A DNA stretch of 41,425 nt from Octopus sinensis. Taxonomy: Eukaryota. Under the pieces are notes generated by a model that was not told where the DNA came from, searched no databases, and worked only from the letters and a program-made list of their open reading frames with translations. The position numbers and the translations under genes are program-made. Below, one piece after another: positions 11,496 through 21,055 of this stretch (its first letter is position 1; every line of letters starts with the position of its first letter). The stretch lies in contig NW_021835442.1 of assembly GCF_006345805.1 (NCBI RefSeq), positions 1 to 41,425 of the forward strand, given 5' to 3'.

Positions 11496-13230
11496 TTGCC
11501 ACTTTACCAGCGGCCAAAGAGACAAAAATTGAGTACATCAACATCGAAGAAGATGATATCACACTAGCCATTGATGAGATTGACACAAACTCAGCTGCTG
11601 GACCTGATGGATTCCCAGCGATCCTTCTCAAATCGTGCAAACGAGCCCTTGCAAAACCGCTACAGCTTCTTTTTCAGAGCTTTCTTGCAAGTGGTAAGCT
11701 CCCAGTCAAACTGAAAGAGGGCTAATATGCCCTATCCATAAGGGAGGTAGCATAGCAGATGCTAAAACTTATAGGCCTATCTCTCTGACCTCACACATTA
11801 GCAAAGTCATGGAACGAATAGTCCGTAAGAAACTAATCATGTTCCTTGAAGAAAATGACTTACTGTCTGACACCCAGCATGGATTTCGACCAGGTAGAGG
11901 CTGCCTAACACAGCTCCTGCAACACTATGACTGGGTGTTGAAACAGCTACTAAATGGCTCAAATGTGGATGTAATATATCTCGACTTTGCAAAAGCCTTT
12001 GATAAAGTCGACCATGGTATGATCTGTCACAAACTGCGTGGTCTCGGCATAGGCGGGAAACTTGGAGAGTGGCTGCACAACTTCCTAAAAGACAGAAAAC
12101 AGGCAGTTGTGAGCAATGGAGCCACCTCCAAGGAAACGCAAATAACAAGCGGTGTCCCACAGGGCACTGTCTTTGGGCCACTGATGTTCATAGTGGCCCT
12201 TTCAGACATGCCTTCAGTTGCTACGATGACCACCCTTGCTAGCTATGCAGATGACACAAAAGTCTCCCACGCAATACAAAACCCTGAAAATATTGCGCAT
12301 CTGCAACATGAGCTGGACACAATATACAGGTGGGCTGAGGACAACAACATGCAGTTTAATGCAGGTAAGTTCCAGGCCCTGCGCTACTGGCACACAAAGG
12401 TAAATGACGTGAAGACTGGATACACTGGCCCAGGAAGAATTGCAATCCCTGAGTCAAAATCAGTGCGTGACCTGGGCATTGACATGAGCAATGATGCATC
12501 TTTCCAAATGCATATTGCTAATCTGGTGATAAAATGCAGACGGCTAGCTGGATGGATTCTCCGAACTTTCAGAACAAGAGAGAAGGAGACACTGATGGTC
12601 CTATGGAAAACATTTGTCCTCAGCCGCTTGGACTACTGCTCCCAACTTTGGTCACCACACAATATAAAACAAACAGCAGAACTCGAAGCAACTCAGAGAA
12701 GCTACACAAAGAAAATCGTCTCAATGCAAAATGTCAGCTACTGGGAAAGACTGAAGTTATTAAACCTCTTCTCCCTGGAGCGGAGGCGGGAGAGATATGC
12801 AGTGATATACATCTGGAAAATCCTGGAGGGTCTTGTCCCAAACTTCAAAGTTACTCCAACCGCAGAACGGGGCGCCGCTGCGTGGTGCCAAGGATTCCAA
12901 CATCACCATCAAAATACAGGTCCAGATACTGCAACAGCTTGGGTTTCAGAGGACCACAGCTCTTTAACATCCTCCCTAAATGCCTGAGAGACTTACATGG
13001 TGTGGATGTGGGTTTCTTTAAAACTAAACTGGATCTCTTCTTGTTGGGATACCCAGATGAACCTATCTCACGACAGGAGACACGGATGCGGGCAGCAGCA
13101 TCGAACTCCCTTGTTGATCAAGTGCCACGTATCAGAGGTGGATTCACAAACTAGTGTAGCTCATTCAGCGGTGGTGCCCCAGCATGGCCGCGGCCTTCGG
13201 GCTAAAACATTTTTAAGGATTTAAGGATTT
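11495..13230 (+). mobile_element. 5'-truncated CR1-group LINE (family C), RT and 3' end
   Basis: [47 protein letters not shown]; at least two frameshifts. Tail GGTGCCCCAGCATGGCCGCGGCCTTCGGGCTAAAAC + (TTTAAGGA)n. Confidence 0.92.
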
Positions 13231-13263
13231 ATATATATACGTATATATGTATATATATATACG

Positions 13264-13816
13264 ATGATAAATATCAAAGTGAGTTATATACAGTAGCGGT
13301 AACACATCGTGACGTATATTTGCCATCTCAATATGGCTACCCCTAAGGGTGGATGCTACTATAGTTTTTAGCCCCAGGAGGACACACTCCTCCAGCTGGC
13401 CATAGACACACTTTCTGTGTCCTGTCAGTATTTGCAAAGGGAAGTCATCCTTCCCGTCTTCAACTTATGATACACACGGACTCGAGTATCGAGGTATTGA
13501 CCTCTCGTCAGCGTGTGACAATCATAGTTGTCGGCGAGAATTAGATTTCCTTCACAAATACTTATACTTTTTCCAGCGTCCACTGTCGCTGATATTGAAA
13601 AAGTGAAATCAAACAATGATAAATATCAAAGTGAGTTATATACAGTAGCGGTAACACATCGTGACGTATATTTGCCATCTCAATATGGCTACCGCTAAGG
13701 GTGGATGCTACTGTAGTTTTTAGCCCCAGGAGGACACACTCCTCCAGCTGGCCATTGACACACTTTCTGTGTCCTGTCAGTATTTGCAAAGGGAAGTCAT
13801 CCTTCCCGTCTTCAAC
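13264..13816 (-). mobile_element. Small non-coding partial-tandem element (352-bp unit, 201-bp direct repeats) with a hammerhead; retrozyme/non-autonomous PLE-like
   Basis: 13264-13464 repeats at 13616-13816 with 3 mismatches. A hammerhead lies in the unique middle part. Both flanks are (TA)n. Confidence 0.75.
13473..13517 (-). ncRNA. Type I hammerhead ribozyme motif
   Basis: Minus strand: CACACG CUGACGA GAGGU-CAAU-ACCUC GAU ACUCGAGU C CGUGUG. Stem I is 6 bp, stem II is 5 bp, stem III is palindromic, and the cleavage triplet is GUC. One core change (GAUA for GAAA). Confidence 0.8.
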
Positions 13817-13852
<36 letters not shown>

Positions 13853-14363
13853 GTATATATATATATATATATACGTATATAAGCGAATATAAGTGAAAGT
13901 ACAACAAGTCACTGTATTTGAGAAGAATATTTTCGCTTTTGATATAGTATTTTGCAACTAGAACATACTCGCGAATACACGTGTTAAAACGCACGTGTGT
14001 TACTTTCCCGAAATCGAAGTGAATTTTATTCTTCGTCTGTGAATCAACAAGACACAGGATATTTTCGTTTTTGATGTATATCTGCGTGTTCTGAAAAAAG
14101 CCTCTGAAAAATTTGCTGCTTAATACCAAATCGCTTAGGAAAATACAGAAAGTATTCCTCAAACTGTTGCATGTGCTAAATCGAAACTCAAATCCCTTTT
14201 GTTTACAAAGTGCGCTTAAGGAATATAAAAGGTCTGTCTTGTCAATCTATCTTCCTTTCTCATAAAAAGGAATCGCGTAAGTACTCTCTCAGCCGGTAAG
14301 GTAAGGAAGATATTATTTATTTTGTTATCATTAGTGTTCTTTCAAACAGAAAATAATAATATA

Positions 14364-14629
14364 TCTATGTGTATGTATATGTGTGTGTTAGAAGTATAGT
14401 CGCAATTAGTTTTTATTTTAGAAGACATTGTCTGTAGCGACGGACAAATATATATTTTCTTTTCTCTTTTTCTCTGCTTAAATTCTGTAAAATCTCTATG
14501 TGTATGTATATGTGTGTGTTAAAAGTATAGTCGCAATTAGTTTTTTATTTTAGAAGACATTGTCTGTAGCGACGGACAAATACATATTTTCTTTCCTCTT
14601 TTTCTCTGCTTAAATTCTGTAAAATCTCT
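14364..14629 (+). repeat. Two-copy tandem repeat (~131 bp) in the LINE D 5' region
   Basis: TCTATGTGTATG...AAATTCTGTAAAATCTCT starts at 14364 and again at 14495. Confidence 0.9.
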
Positions 14630-15415
14630 TGGATTGTTTTCTTTCAGCTATTTCATTATTATTATTATTGTTTCTTTATATACTCACTTGGTACTACTGT
14701 TTACATATGAGAGATGGAAACAGGAAACACCAACCACAGAGTGTCAAAAAATGACATGCCCACTGCCACAGTCGAAGAAGGCAATATATGTGCATGTGCA
14801 CACATGTGTATATGTGTGTATATGTATGTATACGCGTGTATGTGTGTGTACAAATAGCTTCGCTTAGAATTCTCCCCCCTCTCTCTCTCTGTCTGTCTCT
14901 TCAGTTCTCTCCCTCACGCTTCTCCTTGTCTCTTCATAACTCTCATTCTATCTTACTCCCCTTTTTCAAATATATAAATTCTCTCTATATTTCTTCCTTC
15001 TCTCCCTATCTCTTCAGTTTCTCTCCCGCTTCTCCTTGTCTCTCCATTACTCTCTTCTATCTCTTCAGTTTCTCTCCCGCTTCTCCTTGTCTCTCCATTA
15101 CTCTCTTCTAACTTACTCTCCTCTCTCGGATACATATAAGGACATAGACGCTTTCTCTCTCTTCCTTCAGCTCTCAGTCTCTCCTCTTCCTCTTCTCTCT
15201 TACTCTCGGCTCCCAATTTCTCCTTAAGTACATAGACGCTCCCTTTCTCTACTTCCTCCCTACCCCCTATTGCACTATTAGATTAATATAAATTAATATA
15301 ATATAATTAATATAATATAATATAATATAATTCCTCCCTTCCTCACAATCTCTTCTTCTCTCCTCCCTTCTCCCTTTTTCCTCACAGCTTCTCTCTCTCT
15401 CCCCGCTACAACGGA

Positions 15416-16367
15416 ATGGACAACATGCAAAAATTAGAGGTGAATGCAAACACTGGCGTCAACAAAAGCCAGCGTAACTGGACGAAAGTAGAGCTGGAAG
15501 TTTTCATCAGAGGATGGAGCTCGGCCGACAGATCGCAACCAACTAAAAACATAGCGGCGACCCTGAAAAGCCATGGCTTTATGAGGACGTTGGCGCAAGT
15601 AGAGAGGAAGAAAAGAGAAGTCGAAAGGGCCTACACTCTCATTGCACCACACATGGCTTTGCTAAGCCAAGTCCTCAAGGTGGACAAAGACAAAGAGAGA
15701 GAGATGGAAACAGGAAACACCAACCACAGAGTGTCAAAAAATGACACGCCCACTGCCACAGTCGAAGAAGGCAAGCAGGGCAAACAACAGATAGGCGGCG
15801 ATGGGGAAACGGAAAATAACCACCCGGATGAAAATACCTATGCAGAAAGGAACCAGTGGACAACCGTCCAACGGAGGAAGAAAAAACAGAGGAACTGGGG
15901 ACAAGAAAACCCAGATAACATGCAAATTCTTCCGGAATGGAACCTGCTGGCATGGAGAAACAGGGGAAGGATGCAGTGTCGCTCATCCCAGGCCCTATGG
16001 AAATTGCATCAAACCCACTCGACCAAAATGCCTTAACCAAAACCAAGACCGAAACCAAAACCAGAACAAATACAAGCTGCCCCAGAAATATGCAGACATA
16101 GTGCGTAATGCCCCAACAAGGAGAAGGCGCACATTTGCAGAGGAAATGCAGACGGCGGCAGCAGAACAAAGAAATTTTGTGGAAATAGCAGAGAAAATTG
16201 TGGGACAACTGGCCTGGATACATCGTCTTCAGAGCCAGGGGCACTCACAACAGCACTCAAGACCACCACAATCAAGGGACCCAGGGTGGCCACCGCTGAC
16301 ACCAGCCCAGGTGCCACACCGTCAGACTTTATTGACACCCCAAATATCTCACCAGTGCTTCTGCTGA
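15416..16367 (+). pseudogene. LINE D ORF1: Myb/SANT(trihelix)-like N-terminus + C-x7-C-x8-C-x3-H zinc finger; one frameshift near 15885
   Basis: WTKVELEVFIRGW..IAATLKSHGFMRTLAQVERKK..Y; CKFFRNGTCWHGETGEGCSVAH (15921-15986); YADIVR and AAAEQ..F..A.KIV.QL.W.H, also present in family B. Confidence 0.75.
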
Positions 16368-19307
16368 ATGTCAGAGGTCTGGTGAAACCCACTAATATGA
16401 GTAAAATTCCTTACCTTAGGGACTTAAGCACAAGCAACCATGCAATATGCATAGCGCTGACTGAAACGCACCTGTCAAGCAGTATAGCAGATGCAGAAAT
16501 ACACATACCAAAGTATACTGTTTTTCGGTCAGACAGGAAGGAAAAAACTCATGGTGGGGTTGCCCTGTACGTCCGTGAAGATGTCACACCCATAGTACTG
16601 TTGACACACTCAAACTCAGTCTGTGACACACTGATAGTACACATGAAACAACCGAAAATAGTAATATGTGTCACATATCGGCCACCAGACACCCCTAGTC
16701 ATGAAGGAGTGTTTGAAGATAGCCTCAGAAGAATAGAAGAAGTCCTGGACAAACTGGACCAGGGTAACACCATTCTACTGCTGGGAGATTTTAACCTTCC
16801 GAAAGTCAAATGGCCAGATGGCCATCTCCTCCCTGGAATGACATCACTTGAACAGAGACAGACAGAGTCCTTGTTGGCTCTCACACGCAAGTTTTTCATG
16901 GAGCAAGCTGTGCTTCGGCCAACAAGAGGTGAGAATGTCTTGGACCTCTGTTTCACAAGCAACCCGATGCTCATCCACAACATAATGGTAACACCAACAA
17001 TTCTCTCAGATCACAACTTAGTAGAGGTAATGATATATGGTATGAGAGAGTTAGTTGAGACGCAGCCATTAGAAAATACCACAGGCCTATCCAGTCTAAA
17101 CTTCCATAAGGCAAACTGGAAGAAGATCAACGAAGAGATCCGAAAACATGACTGGAGTGACTTCATCACCACACAAGACACCAACACACATTTCCAACAT
17201 TTCATGACAACAATACAGAACATATGCCATAAGTTTGTCCCGGAGAGAAAAGCCAGTGGGCATAGGAACGTTATTCCCAGAGACAGGAAAATACTTATGA
17301 GGCGAAGAGCTAAGCTCTCGAAGCAACTGAATGCACGGCAGAGAAACAATGAGGGACTCCACCTGAAACTTTTTGAAACGGAAACTGCACTCAAACTTTC
17401 CTATGAGAAGGAGGGGGCAGAGAGAGAAGCCAGGGCCATAGAGAATATTAAAACAAACCCTAAAGCCTTCTTTAAATTTGCGAAAGAAACCACCTCGGTA
17501 CACTGCAAGATTGGCCCACTCTTTGATAAAAAGGGCTCTCTAACTGAGGACCCCCAAGGGATAAGTGAAATACTAAAGGAACAGTATAAAAGTGTGTTCA
17601 CATCCCCTCTGGGGCACATGCAAATCACAAACCCAGAAGTTTTCTTTGATGCCACAACACTCCAAAACCAAACAACAACCATCGACCACATAGACATAAC
17701 AGAGAGGGATGTAATATCTGCCATAGAAGAAATGAGAATAAACTCAGCTGCTGGACCAGATTGATTCCCAGCAGTTCTCCTAAAAGCATGCAGGCATACC
17801 CTAGCGGGACCACTGAAGAAGCTCTTCAGTGGTTCCTTGGCTAACGGTAAACTGCCCAGGGCGCTAAAAGAAGGCACCATATGCCCTATCCACAAAGGAG
17901 GGAGTAGAGTAGAGGCCAAAAACTACAGGCCAGTCTCCCTGACGTCACACATAAGTAAGGTCATGGAACGAATCATCAGAAAAAAACTGATCACGTTCCT
18001 CGAAGAAACTAACCGTCTCACTGACACACAGCATGGCTTTCGCCCAGGAAGAAGCTGCCTTACGCAGCTGTTACAACACTACGACTGGGTACTGAAACAA
18101 CTACTGGATCGCTCACAGGTGGATGTGGTATATCTCGACTTTGCGAAGGCCTTTGACAAAGTCGACCACGGAGTGATATGTCACAAATTACTCAGACTCG
18201 GCATAACAAGAAAAGTAGGTGAGTGGATACATGACTTCCTGAAGGACAGAAGCCAGATGGTTGCAGCCAATGGAGCCCTCTCGGGAAAGACACCAATAGC
18301 AAGCGGAGTGCCACAGGGCACAGTCTTGGGACCCTTGCTGTTTTTGGTGGCGCTCTATGACATGCCCTTGGTAGCACAAACAACATCCCTCACTAGCTAT
18401 GCTGATGACACAAAGGTAGCACAGGCAGTCAAAAACCCAGCTGATGCTGACCTTTTACAACAAGATCTGGATGCCATATACAAATGGGCTGAAGACTACA
18501 ACATGCAATTTAATGCTGGTAAATTTCAAGCCTTACAATATCAAGCTGTAAACACATATACATTACAACACAACTATACTGGTCCAGGAGGGATCGAAAT
18601 CCCAGTATCGAAATCAATACGGGACCTGGGGATAGACATGAGTGACGATGCATCTTTTTCTTCACACATCGCGAAGGTGGCGACAATGTGCAGACGACTC
18701 ACTGCTGGATCCTGAGGACATTCCGGACAAGAGACTGCGAGACCATGTTGACACTATGGAGGACATTTGTCCTAAGCCGCCTGGACTAACTGCTCCCAAC
18801 TGTGGTCACCGCATAGTGTCAAACTAATCACAGAGCTTGAGACAATCCAAAGACATTTCACCAAGAGGATTTCCACCATGAAAGAAAAGAACTATTGGGA
18901 GAGGCTTAGGGAACTCAATTTGTACTCCTTGGAACGAAGACGAGAGAGATATGCAGTGATATACATATGGAAAATCCTGGAGGGACTAGCACCAAATTTT
19001 GGAATTGAGAGCTGTTCCAATCCCCGTACAGGACGTCACTGTGTGGTGCCAAAGGTCCCGTCTTCCACATCCAGGGTAAGGAGCAGATACTGTAATAGCC
19101 TGGGGTTCACGGCCCTCAGCTGTTCAACAAACTGCCAAGAAAACAAAGAGATCTACATGATGCGGATGTGGACATTTTCAAAAACATCTAGACAAGCTGC
19201 TTTCCGGGATCCCAGATGAACCCACTGCAAGGTACGAAGGTAACCTAAGGGCAGCAGCTACAAACTCTCTCTTAGATCAGTGGCCAGCCACGGCAAACTG
19301 GACTTAG
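16355..19307 (+). pseudogene. LINE D ORF2 (APE endonuclease + reverse transcriptase), disrupted
   Basis: LLLNVRGL, ALTETHL, GGVALYV, YRPP, GDFNLP, LDLCFT, SDHN; [43 protein letters not shown]. Nonsense codon at 17762-17764 and frameshifts after about 18700. Confidence 0.92.
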
Positions 19308-19381
19308 AGAGGGTAGCAACAAGGGCGGTGCCCCAGCATGGCCTCAGCCGGATGGCTGAAACAAGTAAAAGAGTAAAAGAG

Positions 19382-19383
<2 letters not shown>

Positions 19384-19414
<31 letters not shown>

Positions 19415-19441
19415 ATATATATATATAATACGTATATATAT

Positions 19442-19475
<34 letters not shown>

Positions 19476-19494
19476 CGTACATATATATATATCC

Positions 19495-19534
<40 letters not shown>

Positions 19535-19654
19535 GTATATATTTATATATTATAGATATATAGATATATACGTACATATATATATATCCGTATATATATA
19601 TATATATAATATATATATATACGTATATATTTATATATATAGATATATATATCG

Positions 19655-19685
<31 letters not shown>

Positions 19686-19691
19686 TTACGT

Positions 19692-19726
<35 letters not shown>

Positions 19727-19930
19727 CGTATATATATATATATACGTATATATATATATATCTATATATATCAATATATACGTTATATATATATATCTAT
19801 ATATATAAATATATACGTATATATATATATATACAGATATATATATATGTACGTATATATATATATATCATACGTATATATATATATATTATATACGTAT
19901 ATATATATAACGTATATATATATATACGTA

Positions 19931-19970
<40 letters not shown>

Positions 19971-20072
19971 GTATATATATATACGTATATATATATATAT
20001 ACGTATATATATATATATATATTATATATATATATATATATAAATATATACGTATATATATATATATATACG

Positions 20073-20106
<34 letters not shown>

Positions 20107-20159
20107 GTATATATATATTATATATAATATATACGTATATATATATATATATATAGACG

Positions 20160-20191
<32 letters not shown>

Positions 20192-20277
20192 TATATAGAT
20201 ATACGTATTGTATATATACGTTATATTATATACGTATATATAATATATATATACTATATATATCTTATCTATTATAT

Positions 20278-20308
<31 letters not shown>

Positions 20309-20350
20309 GGTATATCTTATATATATATATATATATACATATATATTATA

Positions 20351-20389
<39 letters not shown>

Positions 20390-20424
20390 CATATATATAT
20401 ATATATCATATCTATATCTATATC

Positions 20425-20455
<31 letters not shown>

Positions 20456-20516
20456 CCATACATATATATATAATATAATAACATCTATATATATACATGC
20501 ATATATATACATCTAC

Positions 20517-20567
<51 letters not shown>

Positions 20568-20652
20568 CATATATATATATACATATATATTACATGTATA
20601 TATATACATACATATATATATATCATATATATATATACATATATATATATAC

Positions 20653-20722
<70 letters not shown>

Positions 20723-20736
20723 ATATATATATATAC

Positions 20737-20767
<31 letters not shown>

Positions 20768-20879
20768 CATATATTATACATATATATATAATATATAATA
20801 TATACATATATATATACATATATATACATATATATTACAATATATATATATATACATATACGTATATATATATACACAC

Positions 20880-20912
<33 letters not shown>

Positions 20913-20965
20913 ATATTGATATATATATATATATATATACATACACGTATATATCTATATATATA
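19384..20965. repeat. Interrupted (TA)n array between the two convergent LINEs
   Basis: Direct reading. Confidence 0.95.
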
Positions 20966-21055
20966 TTGATTGATTGATTGATTGATTCTAGTTTCAGCTT
21001 ATGAGCTGTGGCCATGCTGGGGCACCGCCATTTGGTGTTGCTACTTGGTTTTACT

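Larger units (their letters stand above)
13881..19383 (+). mobile_element. Near-full-length CR1-group LINE (family D): ~1.5-kb 5' region, ORF1, APE-RT ORF2, 3' stem-loop and (GTAAAAGA)n tail
   Basis: ORF motifs (see ORF features), tail at 19324-19383, (TA)n on both sides. Assignment of 13881-14800 to the element is inferred from flanks and motifs shared with family B. Confidence 0.85.

Noticed and set aside
11809-12987. RT ORFs as bacterial retron, group II intron or DGR
   Set aside because: Motifs, the APE partner domain, 3' tails and 5' truncation identify eukaryotic non-LTR retrotransposons.
19344-20919. Many long Tyr/Ile/Met-rich ORFs here and at 88-300, 4453-4644, 10922-11490 and 26290-28290
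   Set aside because: They are translations of (TA)n, which lacks stops in some frames; not genes.
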